Shown here in pieces: positions 14,103-26,579 of a stretch of DNA of 64,000 bases; the first letter of the stretch is position 1, and each line of letters opens with the position of its first letter. The stretch is from contig NC_090373.1 of NCBI RefSeq assembly GCF_036365525.1, positions 104,035,692 to 104,099,691 on the forward strand, read 5' to 3'. This DNA is from Heterodontus francisci. Taxonomy: Eukaryota. A model generated the notes under the pieces. The model searched no databases and was not told where the DNA came from. It saw nothing but the letters and a program-made list of their open reading frames with translations. The position numbers and the translations under genes were made by a program.

Positions 14103-14234
14103 TCAAGTTTATATACAGGTAACCAGTAAACCAGACGACCATTCATGACCAGGTTTTCTGCAGCAAAGTTCAGCAGGTCGATGAAAATGTCACTCAGGTG
14201 ATAACTCATGGAGACTGGGACATGACTTTCAATG
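14103..14234 (-). CDS. TRMT11: TRMT11 coding exon 11 (probable GC donor); downstream exons not found in window
   Basis: tttcAG|(Y)IESHVPVSMSYHLSDIFIDLLNFAAENLVMNGRLVYWLPVYKL(E)|GCAAGT; 132 nt; exact 3' boundary inferred. Confidence 0.9.
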
Positions 14235-15118
14235 CTGAAAGACAATAAAAACAAATTCAATCATTCTTCAGATGACAAATAAGTTTTCTTTTTTTTTTAC
14301 AATAAGTTTATATATCCTAAATTGATTCTTTTGTTATTTAGTTCTTAAATATCTCAATTTCCCTTCCCATAGCTTTTAAAATCGACATATGGAGCCAGGT
14401 TTAAATCTTCAAATGTCAAATAGGAAAAATATGAATTTTTCACCATAAAATGCTAATATAAAAAAAAATTGTCAGAACTGACAGCTTTGAAGTGTGCAAT
14501 TCGAAAAATATTGCTTGTGAAGAAAAATAGAAGCTAATGATGCAACTGCAAAAATGCTTTAATGCTTCACAAGCATCAAGTACTTAACCAGTTTAAATGT
14601 CGAGGTTCAAAGAAAGCAGTCTTAGTGAAAGTGCAGGGGAGGAAGCAAAGCACAGGGTCAAGCTTGATACCAAAGTTCCTTACATCAGAGGTTAATCTGA
14701 GGTGACAGCCTGGGAGGTTGACAGCATTGAAGCTGGAGGCATGTAGATGGTTGGGGGGCCAGAGTAGATGGCTTCAGTTTTACTGACATCTAGCTGGAGG
14801 AGATTTGGACAACACTGCTGTACACCCACTGCCTGTTGTAATAACTGCTGTGAATAGGGTGTCTCCTAAACCCTCCGCATATTTGGGATATCCACTCTTT
14901 TCGTCCTGTTTCATTACAATATACCTGCCAATGGCCACTTCATCATGCCTGTTGACAAAAAACTGCTCTCTACTGTTCAGTGTTTTTTTTAATTACTATG
15001 CTGACATTTAAAAATCTTTCCCTTTCATTACACTCACAGCAGGTCTAACCTGTGGTAAAATACTCACTTTTCAATTTAACCGTACAGGTGTGGAACGTTG
15101 CCCAGGTTCATCTTTAGC

Positions 15119-16002
15119 TGTTATGACCAGGTGAGAAAGGGGTCTAGGGTTCCCACTCAGCCTTCACCTGGTTACACCGTTTTTAAACACACCATTTTTA
15201 TTGCTTAGCTCCCTCTTGGTGAATCCTTGTTCACCACTTTCCAATTATAAGGCCAAGAAACTAGCCAGACAGGTTTTCTTAGGTTTAAAGAAAAAAGGTT
15301 GACCTTTATTAAACTTCAACTCTAATTCGGTTAATGCCTAAACGACACGCCCACGCTAGCATGCATACACGATACACACATGCAGATAGAGACAGAAAAG
15401 AGCAGAATAAATAAAGTGCAAAAGTTTGAGGCAATATCTGAAGATGGTTTTGGTTACTGTTCTTCGAGCTCGCTGTAAAGTCCTTGATTGTAGGTAGGTC
15501 TTGCTTTTCGTTGCGGCCCAGTATTCTTCTTAAACCTTGTTCGATGTAGGAGACTTTTCTCCCTTGAAGTTCATGTGTCCTAGGTGGGTCCAGAGGCTTG
15601 TGAGAAAGAGATGGGAGCAGACAGGAGAGATCTTCTCACTCCAGAAGCAAACAGTCTTTCTCAGTTCAAAAACTCTGTGGCTAGTTCAAAAAACCCTGGA
15701 CTAGCCAGTTAGTCATGTGACCAGCTGGTTTAACCAGTCCTGGCTTTTGTGGATTGTATCACCTTAGCAGTCTCTGGAATGCTCTTCAATGTCTGGTGAT
15801 CAAAATCCATTTTGGGTTGAATGTGTCAGGGAATGGTCCTTTTGTCTCCACAAGCACCGTCTGTTAGTATGCAAATGTTTTTCAGCTAAGTGTCTGGTAG
15901 CCCTTGTAACAGGCCTTCTCTTCTTCCCAGCAAGTTTAAAATCAATGTTCATATGACAAAAGTAATATGCCTCATTGTTGGCAGGTGGGGGCCTGCATGA
16001 CA
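15119..16002 (-). mobile_element. Solo LTR, same family as 4772-5684
   Basis: TGTTATG...CATGACA termini; shared 'gaccaggtgagaaaggggtctaggg' start and 'aatatgcctcatt.ttggcaggtg' end; no clear TSD. Confidence 0.75.
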
Positions 16003-17882
16003 GTGACCTTAACAACCAAAGAAAGGGAGAATTTCTCACTTTTCCATAATGTTTGTTGGATCCATTTTCAAAGGGGTTAGAATCTTTAAATCAATGCCAA
16101 ACAGACGTCGGTAATCATTAGTGATTCGACCAACATTCAACTACTTTTTTAATTATATCTATTTTTCTCCTAAATGTAGTGAAGATATGAATGTTGGTCC
16201 AATTTGGTCTACAAAACTAATGCTCGGCATGCTAAATAAACAACTACTCATTCATATGATCACAGTTAACACAATAATTATTCATTTTTAACAGGTTAAC
16301 ATTGCCCATTAACTTCAAAAGAACAAATGACTGGAAGAGCGCTGTAGAGTCTGGGATAATATCAAGTTACCAAATTAAGCACATTATAAAGTAATTTAAA
16401 ATCAGAGGGTTTTTAAAATTATAGACATATTTTGCTTGCTTATAACAAATTTGGACCTTTACCCATTAAAGTTTTAACAGAGTTCACATCTTCTGTGACA
16501 GATACCAACGTGGCCTCTGAATTTAACCATGTGCCTCTCTACTGTGCAATATGAAGAATGAATATTTTATAACATTCTACAGAGATAAAATATCCATGGA
16601 CATGTTAAAGTATTTGTGGACTGTTATAAAGAGGGGAGACAGTGGTACAGTCACAGGGTTCTGGGTTCAAGTCCCACTTCAGGTCTTGAACATAGAAATC
16701 AAAGCTGACACTCCAGCGCAGCATTGAGGGTGAGGCAACCCTAACAGAAAACCTCTACTTACAATATGCCATGCCAGTTTGTCAGTATATGGCAGAGATT
16801 CTTCATGCAATGGAAAGGCACGAGGAGGAGTACATCCTACAGTGGATGAACATAGCCTAAACTAATAAGCAATGATGATGGACTGTAAAAAGTCTTAGAA
16901 TAATGACTTGTAGAACAACCTGAAGGGAAATAATGAAGGCAATGAAATTTAAAAAAAACTCAAACAGGATGTTCAAATTAAGATCACCTGGCAATTGTTT
17001 CCACTTTATTTTTTGGGTTGGGATTGAATTGATTGATCAAAGTGAGAAATGTTAGTCCAAAAGAATAGAAAATTGATTGTCTTGCTAACAGAAACAAACA
17101 GTCATTCACAAGATGAACACGGTTATTCAGTCCCTCTTAGTCCATTCAGAAAGATCCTTTTCACTCCCAATGAGACATCTAATTGTTTCAAAATTCTAGA
17201 GTTCTCACCTCCACTATTCTACACAGAAATCTGTATTGATCACTCTGTGAAGCGAACTTCCTGACACCAATGCTAAATTTTCCATTTTCCTTGTGTTTGC
17301 TATTCAGACTTGTAATTCAGTTTGAAATGGTTTTCTGCATTTACTCATTCCATAAAAATTGACTGTTTTATATACTTCCACATTATCTCCTCTCAGTCTC
17401 ATTTTGAGGCTGAAGATTTCAAGTTTTTCCAGTCTTTCTTCAAAACTCTGACACTAGGGATCAGTATCCTGGCTCTTTTCTGTATTGCCTCCAGCACCTG
17501 AATGTCTCTTGTGTCACAGTGACCAGAACAGGGCACAACACTCAAGCTGTAATTTGATGAGCGCACTATAGAGTGTCCAGTGTTCTGGTTATGCAGTTCA
17601 GCATTCTATTTGCTTTGCTGATGGCTGTTTTCCAGTAGTCAGACACATTGATCATCAAGTCTAAGACCCCTAATCACTTTCAATTATATCTTTAGCAATT
17701 TCATCAACATTTGTGGAGTATATGTAATGCCCATTTCTTCAAAATGAAAGGAATGATAAAAAAAAATCTATAAAATAACAGATTAGTATCTCACCCTCTT
17801 CCTGGACCATTTTTGTCCATTAGAAAGGATTTGAAATTGTACTTAGCTCAAGACTAATATTAAAGCTGTAACCAAAGATAAA

Positions 17883-17901
17883 TGGTGCCACCTAGCGTTG
17901 A
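17883..17901 (-). promoter_or_regulatory. CTCF-like motif
   Basis: tggtgccacctagcgttga resembles the reverse-complement CTCF core; motif match only. Confidence 0.35.
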
Positions 17902-17930
17902 ACTTGACAACTTGAGAAATAGAACTGCAA

Positions 17931-18511
17931 AGAGGGAATTTTAACTCCTGGACAGAAAGCCAGCAATATGCGATTCGGGATCCATAAGGGGAAGCCTGCT
18001 CCATTTTCTCGTCCAGGCCTCACTAAACATCCAGCATATCATCCATAACAGGTATCCAGAGACAGCTTGATGGCTTTCAGCCTGTGAAGATCGGTGGCCC
18101 AGAGGCTGTCAGGTAAGTCCCGAGGGGTGCTCGGGAGGGTTTCACATGTGGGAAGGGAGGGGAAGCCCAGGGTGGGGCAGTCCAAACTCCCTTTGTGGTA
18201 CCTGGAGTAGCACTCCTGCTCTTTCTGGTTCCATAAAGATAAATTTTAAACTTACCTTTTCGAGCCCTGTGCTGCGGACGCCCTGCTCAGTAGGCAGTTA
18301 AAACAGCATCAGTGTCCTATCTATCTGATAGGATCTCAATTTGCACATATTTATAAGGCTCTACCCAAGTCGGATGGGTGCCTCAACGGTCCTAGAGAAA
18401 GCAATGGTAAAACACCCAAGGAGGCTGGAAACGAGCAGCAAGAGTACCTCCCAAATTTTAACACCCATCCTTCCCAGTTTTTTCAGGGCAGAAGAAATTC
18501 AAATTCCCCTC
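17931..18511. mobile_element. Non-autonomous TIR (MITE-like) element, degenerate
   Basis: Ends gagggaatttt ... aaattcccctc form imperfect inverted repeats; GC-richer interior than the flanks. Confidence 0.45.
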
Positions 18512-18852
18512 AAGTGTCTCTTTCATGATTCAGAATGTATTCAAGTTGTATTTAAATGTGAAAGCCTATCTGGGCAAAGAGCTTTCTGTTCAAAGAAGTC
18601 ACCCAACCATACCTTTTCAGATCTATACCTGGGAAAAAAAATTGCAACATATATAAGTTACCTCGCAAAATAGAATACTCTTGCAACAGTGCCAGGGACC
18701 CACCACTTTGAATCTCCTTCCCTTTTTAGCTACTTCATGCCTTAAGTGATGAGAAGCTGCATCCAACCTGGAGCATTTTCATACACTGTCCTTTGAACCT
18801 GCTTAGGAGCTTGTCCCCAGAAAAAAAAACACTACTGAGTGCTGCTACATAC

Positions 18853-20337
18853 TGTTACAGACAGGTAGAAAGGGGCTTGGGTGGTTCCCACTGTTCACCT
18901 CCCAACTGATTGCAATTGCGTTTTGTTAAAAATGGTGTTAGTCCCAGAGTGTTTTTTAGGGTCAAATAAACAGACAAATTATATATTTTTTAACCTAACA
19001 GAAAACCTAACTATTTTTTACACAATTCCCAAAATGGTCGCAACCTCCCTCACACACATACATACACCAGAATAGATAGATAGAGAGAAAATGGTAGAAT
19101 GTCGTTCAAAATGAGGTAGGTGTTCATGGTTTATGGTAAACCTGTTGAATGTTCTCAGAAGGACAACCTCTTTTAAAGGTGTTTATAGCCTTGAACATTT
19201 TGTAAATTTCTGACAGTTAAGACTTCAGACTGGATATGGTGGTCACTTTCAGTTCTCTACTGCAGCAAGTTAAGTGTAGAATTAACAACAGGGCTTCTTC
19301 TTGCTGGACTGGATCTCTTTTCACAGCCTCTAGCTGGACTGCTTTCAGAAGGTATTGGCTTGATCTCTCCACTCTCCAGAGGGCTACCTTTTAAGGTAAA
19401 AATCCATCACATCAGAATTTCTGTGAGAAGACACAGGTCCTTCCCCCCTGGTGTGACCACACAATGGACCAGGATGTGGAATCAATGGCTAGCTATTGAT
19501 ATAAAAGCAAAATACTGCAGATGCTGGAAATCTGAAACAAAAAGAAAACGTGCTGGAAATACTCAGCATCTGTGGAGACAGAAGCAAAGTTAACATTTCA
19601 AGTCTGTGACCTTTCATCAGAACTGGCAAAGGTTAGAAAAGAATTAGGTTTAAAGCAAATGAAGGGGAGGGGGGTGGGGGAAGAGAACAAAGGGGAAGTG
19701 TTTGATAGGACAGGGGAGATTAAATAACAAAGCTGTCCTGGGACAAAGGCAAAGCGTGTGCTAATGCTTGTGGTGAAAGACTAGCATTAGTCCAGAGAGA
19801 CTGTTAATAGCGGAATAATGAGTAGCTCTGACTACATGATTTTATTTTTTAACCACATGCCTGCTTTTCATGCACACTCTTTGCCTTTGTCCCAGGACAG
19901 CTTTGTTGTTTAATTTCTCCTGCCTTATCAAACACCTTCCCCTTTGTTCTCTCCCCCACCCCTTCACTTGCTTTAAACCTAATTCTTTTCTAACCTTTGC
20001 CAGTTATGATGTGGCTACTTCACACCTATTCGTTCTGGTTTAGGCTGAGTTAGATTGTCTCCAGCATCCTCTTTTAATTCATTCATGTCGATAAGAGTCA
20101 TTAATATGTGATAGTCCTCCTTTCAATTTGAAAGGCGTTCTCCCCAGAGCTATTTCAGACGAGGTTAACGAGTTCCATCTGTGTAGACAAATTTGTTTAT
20201 TTTCAGCACAGGAAGGGGTCACGTGACCACTACTCTATTTTAATTGTGGGACCAGTGTCCATGTTCTTGAGATTTTGTTTAACAGTTGACTTTTTAAATC
20301 CATAATTCTTCCATCATGGCTTCTTCCACACATGACA
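18853..20337. mobile_element. Diverged solo-LTR-like element with nested Penelope-like hairpin
   Basis: Starts tgttacagacaggtagaaagggg (similar to the other LTRs), ends catgaca; flanks atac/atat (3 of 4 match). Confidence 0.55.
19500..20011 (-). mobile_element. Penelope-like terminal repeat with hammerhead motif and inverted partial copy
   Basis: Minus strand AGTT-CTGATGA-A-AGGTC(aca)GACTT-GAAA-TGTT-AACT at 19588-19624; about 19620-19770 is inverted at about 19870-20011. Confidence 0.8.
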
Positions 20338-20685
20338 ATATACAACCATAAAACACTTTCTGGAGCCAATTCACTCTAAATTAGCTACTAGATCATTCTT
20401 AAGCGTCTGCATTCAGGAAAGCGAAGGGAGTCATTTGGGGGCATACATCAGAGAGCAGCTGATGAAGGGAGGAAACTGAATTCATAAGTCTCCATGAGGT
20501 TTCTGGAACAATATTTTATGATGAGCACGTTTTCACATAAGGCAGTAATAGCTTTGTAAAATAATCCCAAAACTCCAAATGTCTTCAAAACTTTTGTCCT
20601 ATAATAGTTGCCTAAAAATATTGCCATGTTAGTATTTACTATATTTAAAGGTGCTTTTAGTTGTTCAAATCAAATCAATACTTAC

Positions 20686-20758
20686 TATTCTTCTGTTGGT
20701 TTTAAAATTTCTTTCTGTGATCCTGTTTTTCTTGTGGATTCCCTTATACCATATGGAG
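20686..20758 (-). CDS. TRMT11: TRMT11 coding exon 10 (completes catalytic DPPY motif)
   Basis: ttccAG|(P)PYGIRESTRKTGSQKEILKPTEE(Y)|GTAAGT; 73 nt. Confidence 0.95.
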
Positions 20759-21071
20759 CTGGAAAAAAAAGTATTTGCCAATTTGACAAAAAGGATCTTT
20801 AAATTCACACTTTCAACAAGTTAAGGTGACTAGCACTGCTTTCTTTTACTCCAATTTTTGGGCCATTTTGACATAATTGAATTAAACCATGCAGTGGTTT
20901 CTGGGCACAGGTGAATGTTTTTAAAAGCTCATCAGCACTGGAAGAAAATCTTAAACACAATATAAATACACTTTAAACAAAAAAATTGTCAGTAAAGAAT
21001 GGGAAAATGCTGCTCAGCCTCTCCTCCCATTCAGTATATTGGAACTTTAGCATTCTTCAGTATCAACTTAC

Positions 21072-21236
21072 GATCTGTTATGATTGCATCGAACAACTTC
21101 CCTTTCCTCCATATATTTTTTGATGCATCGGAAACAAGTACATCAATGTAGAATTCCTCTAAGCCATACTGGCGAAGGTTAGCCCGGATGTTCTCATCTG
21201 GTCCTCTCCATTTCTGGTTCTTCCGACTGGCTTTAC
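21072..21236 (-). CDS. TRMT11: TRMT11 coding exon 9
   Basis: gcAG|(G)KASRKNQKWRGPDENIRANLRQYGLEEFYIDVLVSDASKNIWRKGKLFDAIITD(P)|GTAAGT; 165 nt. Confidence 0.97.
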
Positions 21237-21782
21237 CTGCAGAATTAAAGAATGGCCTGTAGTAATCACTCCGTAATAATAAAATTACCAGCCCACACTA
21301 AATCTACCACATAACTAACAAATATGAAATTGCTCTGATCATATTCTTTTCAGTCTCTATTTTCTCAATTTCATTATTCCGTTGTACACACTTCTCTGAA
21401 TTTTTTTATGCTTCTACTTCCACTTTTGCATTTTATGCTCCTTTCATTGTTTTCAATTTAGTTCCATCACGTGATTTTCCTCTCTTTGTTCTTACAAAAG
21501 CTCCCCCCACAACCCCCTGCCACTGCCCCCAGACAACCCACCATTCATTACTGACAGCACCTATTTCACTCTGTATCATTAACTCCCACCCCGACTATAT
21601 CCATATTTTTGTAACCTCCAGCCTTGCTCATTCCAACATTTTTGTTTCTGGCCTCCAATCCTCCATAAATTCCAACTTGTCCAAAACATAACAGCCGATA
21701 TCCTGTCTCACAAAAGTCCAACTGACTCCATTAACCCCAAACTCACTGAATTACACTGGCTCCCTTTCTTTTAAAACAAAAG

Positions 21783-22170
21783 AAAAGGTGTATTTATATA
21801 GCATCTTTCAAGTGATCAGAATGTCCCGTAATGACTTACAGCCAATTAAGTGCAATCAAATTTGCACACAGTAAGATCAAACAAACAGAAATCAGCTAAT
21901 CTGTTTTGGTGCAGGTGGTTGAGGGACAAACAAAGGACAAAACAAGTGGAGATCTTTTCTACTCTTTTGTGGATTGTCCCATGGGATCTTTTAAATCCTG
22001 CCGAGCACAACATCCCACCAAAAGGCAGCACCTCTAATAATGCAGCACTCCCTCCGTACTCCACTGAACAAAAGACATAGTCTAGACTGAAACAAGTCCT
22101 GGAATGGGGTTTGGACACACACACAACCTTTGAACTCAAAGGCAAGAGTGCTACTACTCAGCCAACTCTT
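21783..22170 (-). mobile_element. Degenerate tRNA-derived Deu-type SINE
   Basis: Diverged copy of 32255-32695 (head tggctgagtagtagcactcttgcc; same 3' tail). Confidence 0.65.
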
Positions 22171-22576
22171 CACAAAACCTAATCAACCTGGCTTTCAATC
22201 ATTCACTCTAATCTCTCCCTCCATAGCTTGGTGTCCATTGCCCTTTCTATTTACTTTCATGAACTGCTTTGGTACTTTTAAACATTAAAGGTGACATATA
22301 AATGGAAGTTGTTGGTCCTTGCAGAGAACATGTATATCTGACTCAAAAATTAACCCATTGAAGTGAAGTTAAAGGGGAAAAAAATTCTTCAACAATTACT
22401 TTTTAAATAAACACCTATTTCCCAGGTGCAGCAGAAGAGGTAAACCTACTATTTATTTTAAGAAAACACAGTTTACATAAATTATATGCATGAGTGCCAC
22501 AAATTCATACATTCCTTTATTAGCAATGCAAAACTTAATGAAAGGGTTTGGTTCCTTTTCAAGTATGGTTACTTAC

Positions 22577-22657
22577 CACGCCCATGAATAATGTTGTAGT
22601 CAATGTCTGTCCCACATACATATGCTCCAAAATGGGCACAAGCTACAAGAAGACTAC
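22577..22657 (-). CDS. TRMT11: TRMT11 coding exon 8
   Basis: cctAG|(G)SLLVACAHFGAYVCGTDIDYNIIHGR(G)|GTAAGT; 81 nt. Confidence 0.96.
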
Positions 22658-23117
22658 CTAGGAGATACAAGATGTGACCATGTAACATGAACTGCTGTAA
22701 TAGGACATTAAACTGTCAAATATACAAAATGCTGAAGGCCTGTAGAATTGCCAGCCCTGAAGCTCTGCAGAGGTTCTCTCCATCTCCCACTGGAACTTTG
22801 ACAGGAGACCAGCAGACCCCACTCGTACCCTACCCCACCTGCCTCTTCCACTAGAAAATCAACATAAATAGCTGAAAATGGCCATTCATGACGATTGTCT
22901 GACAGTTCCACCAATCTAAAGTTTGTAAACTGATCTGTTTCAGTAGTCTCACCAACTGTGCCGATGGATCTTTAGCAGTGGTTTGGCTCAAAGCTAACTG
23001 GACTGTCATGGCCCAACCTATGGTGGGGAGCAAAGATTTGTTGATATGTATAATGCCCTGTCTCAACAACAAGATCCACCTGAAGAAAGGAACTTTCCCA
23101 CAAGTAGGAAAATCAAT

Positions 23118-23824
23118 GGCCTGAATTTTGCAATTTGAATAACGGCGAGGCTATCAGTGCCCACCGTTATTAGGAGTAAATCGGACAACAACTTGCAGTC
23201 TGCACATGCACAATTAAACACAGGAAACTGCTGTCCGATTTGCCTTGCTCCTCCACACGTATCCTTGCACCAGTGCCTCACCGAGAGTTGGCATCAAAAC
23301 ACATTAAGGGCATGCACTTGCATTACTTACCCACTAAACATGCCAGAAAAAGTTAGGGGGGCTTGTCCATTCAAGAGTAAGTGAATTTTTAACAGCACAA
23401 TAAGTCTTAATTACTGCCAAGCAATCTCTCTGGCCCTGAAAAGTAAAGATTCTTATTCCTTCCTTAATTATTGTTCGGGATTCTTAAAAATTAAAATAAA
23501 AAAATTAAAATGTTACTTTTTCTGTCTCTCTCTCTCTCTCTTAATCCCATCTTTCTTTCACTTTCTGTACATAATTTGACATTGAATTAACATTCTGGCT
23601 TAAACTTCCTGATTTAGACTGTGCATGCTTCAGTAAGGATTCTTCAATCTGATTGATTGAGGAGACACACTGTTGCTTGCCCTGTTCACACAGGTCCCAG
23701 ATCCCCAGTAGAGGGTGCTGTACTATTTTGGCTGTCTGATAACTGCAAATCGCAGTGTAAAAGCCGACAGAATGTGTAAGGAAAAGAGCGCCGTTCATTT
23801 ACCGCTGATTGCAAAATCCAAGTC
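23118..23824. mobile_element. Non-autonomous TIR (MITE-like) element
   Basis: ggcctgaattttgcaat ... attgcaaaatccaagtc imperfect TIRs. Confidence 0.55.
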
Positions 23825-24212
23825 TTGAGATCAACAACTATTGCTTAAAGCGCAGTTTCATTGGCATTATTCTTTACATATTTCTAAATACAAATACACA
23901 ACCATATAAATTATAAGACCAAGGTAAAGTTCAAACCACACCATCCACAAAACATGCCTTAATCACATTTTCCAAAAAAGGCAAAAACAAAAAATAATTT
24001 GAAAACAGACAGACATTCAAAGAATTAATATAAAATGCCTGGTTTTAGAAAGTAACAGATAGGAACTGAAAACTAAACTGCAACCATGTACTTGCTGGAC
24101 AATTTGCCTTTGGAGTTTATAAATAACAAAGGGAAAAGAAACCAAATTCTTAGCATGCAAAAAATGGAATATAGTGTGCACTTGGTGTATGCTTCATCAG
24201 TCTCCTATTTAC

Positions 24213-24369
24213 CTGTTCCCACAAATGGATCAAATACCAAGTCATTAGCTCCTGCTTTAGCGTGATTTGCCACTAGAAAGGACAGACATGCATCCATGCT
24301 GGTATTACCAATGAAGTGACGCTTCTTTACACTGTACAAGTTGATTAGCTCCCTTCGACCATCAGCAAG
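24213..24369 (-). CDS. TRMT11: TRMT11 coding exon 7 (SAM-binding motif DPFVGTG)
   Basis: tttAG|LADGRRELINLYSVKKRHFIGNTSMDACLSFLVANHAKAGANDLVFDPFVGT(G)|GTAAAT; 157 nt. Confidence 0.97.
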
Positions 24370-25622
24370 CTAAAACAGAAACGGATCGTGGCAGCAGATT
24401 AAGGATTTACTTATCTCCAAATTATTTTTTAAGAATACACTATTTCCAGTCTTTCTGACATATACCAATCAAAAGAGAAACTAAACATATTAGAGTATCA
24501 AATAATGAGACATATATTAAAACTTTTAAATCAAGATTTCTAGTTTCAACAAAACTGATGAATTTACCAGTTCTCTATAGACTGTATTAATTATTCCTTG
24601 TTTATCGCTTACAGAGTTTTTTCCTCAACACAGGAACTTTTTATAAATCTCTTAATTCCCCTCACTTCTCATGAATGCAATGGTTCTCAGAGGGTACAGT
24701 GCCACAGATAAATACTCATTGTTCTCACTTGCTCAAGTGTCCACTCTTCAGGTTTGCACCTAGACAACAAAGCTTGTACTCCTGTTCTGCTGACATAATG
24801 GGGTGAAGCAGGATTGCAGGTTCACTATACAATTATGACTGGCCCCATCGCAAATCCTAGGGTCAGGCTATTTTCATGAAGTAGACAAGTATCTCCAGGT
24901 AGAAGTGGGGATGGGGGATGATGAATCAACTGGTGTTGGACAGCCACTGAAGCAAATGGAAGAGTGCAGCATAACGTGTCCCTTTGCTGGAACGTCAGCT
25001 TTGTGACTGACCGTTGTAAGGAAACCAAGACCTCTTCCAATGGCTTAAAGTACTGCACACATGCTTCATGCAAGTGTACAGTGTGTTAGGGAACCAGAGT
25101 CGGAATGGGAAGAAATTCCAGTGGCAATATCATCCTGCAAATCCCATCATGGGCAGATGGGCGTAGTCCCCAACGCCTTTAGCTAAGGAAATCGCCAGTT
25201 CAGGGCTCATGCGATAGAGACCGGCATAACTGGGTCCTGTTCTAACCTCCACCCACCCCAATAATAAGCAGCCTAGATGCCCCAAAAGTAATATAGGCTT
25301 TGAGCCCCCTCGTGTCCACAGGCTATTTTACCATGGAAGCCATACAGCAAAGACTTGACATCCATAAAATTTTTTAGCACAGGTCACAATAGGAGTCCTG
25401 GCTGGGTCCCACTCAGGCCAGGCACTGAGGCCAATTAAGGCCAGTTTGATTGAGATCAACTGACGCAGTACAGGCAAAGGGATTAAAAGTTTGACATTTT
25501 ATGGTTTGTATAAATCTGTACAACATCAGACAGCACAATTACCCACAGAGAGGAACATAATAAAAGTGTAATTATAAACTAGTACTCAATTTCCCTTAAG
25601 GTGCATGTTCTATAAATCTCAC

Positions 25623-25757
25623 CCATCTTCCAAAGTAAATACAAAAGGGCTTCTCTGGAGCATTATTTGGGTCTGTACCATAGTCTTCAAGTAACCAGAA
25701 CACATGCTCTGGATTCTTTAGATTCACTGCTCCTTGAAAGGGCAAAAATCCTAAATC
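25623..25757 (-). CDS. TRMT11: TRMT11 coding exon 6
   Basis: cAG|DLGFLPFQGAVNLKNPEHVFWLLEDYGTDPNNAPEKPFCIYFGRW|GTGAGA; 135 nt. Confidence 0.96.
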
Positions 25758-26579
25758 CTGTATAACACATGAAATAAAATTTAAGACAAAACCACATGTA
25801 ACAACCAAGACAATTCACCAGTCAGAAAAAATATTTTATTAACTTATTGACAACTTCAATAATTACTCTATATATTGTTATATATATTAGTGTGGTGACA
25901 ATGATTTTACTCTTGAGGGCCTTTTATGATTGTCTTATGCAGGAATCCCACGGGCTTTATTCACAATTTCTAATAACAAGATCATTTGGATTGACAAAAA
26001 CATTGAAAATCCATCTATATAGCCAGAAGAGATAAATTAAATATGACCATTATAATGGCAGTTTCTGCAATGAAACTCAGGAATGGAGGGTCCTTATCCT
26101 TATACTGGGTTTGGGGAAGCAAATTATAGACTGGACATTTTCTCTTCAGCAACTTGTACAGAACACATCTGATTCTCTCTCCATCCTTCGGGCACACTTT
26201 TATTTTGTTCTTGGGACGTGGGAGATACTGACATTGCACATCCCTCATTGCCCTAAGAGCCAACCACATAGTGTGGGACTGGAGACACATCTACTTTGGA
26301 CCAGGTAGAGGTGACTCAGCTGGGTGTCTCCAACAAACTGGCAATTTGCATGGTTATTTTTCTGAAGAAGAATTATCGTTTACCAGTTTACAACCCACAG
26401 GTTAGTTCAATTTCACAAGTTGCCATGGTGGGTTTGAGCTCACAACCTTGGAATTACTGGTCCAGTACAATAATCGCTAGGCTATCCTAACCTTACACAT
26501 GTATCAAAGGATAATTTACCAATTTTTCTTCAGCCAATGTACCTTTTCTCAAACCGGCAGGCACCCTTTCCCCATCATT

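Noticed and set aside
17795-17865. Possible 71-nt poison exon in TRMT11 intron 10 (ttacAG...GG|GTGAGA, in-frame TAA)
   Set aside because: Splice-like motifs arise often by chance; no conservation or expression evidence available
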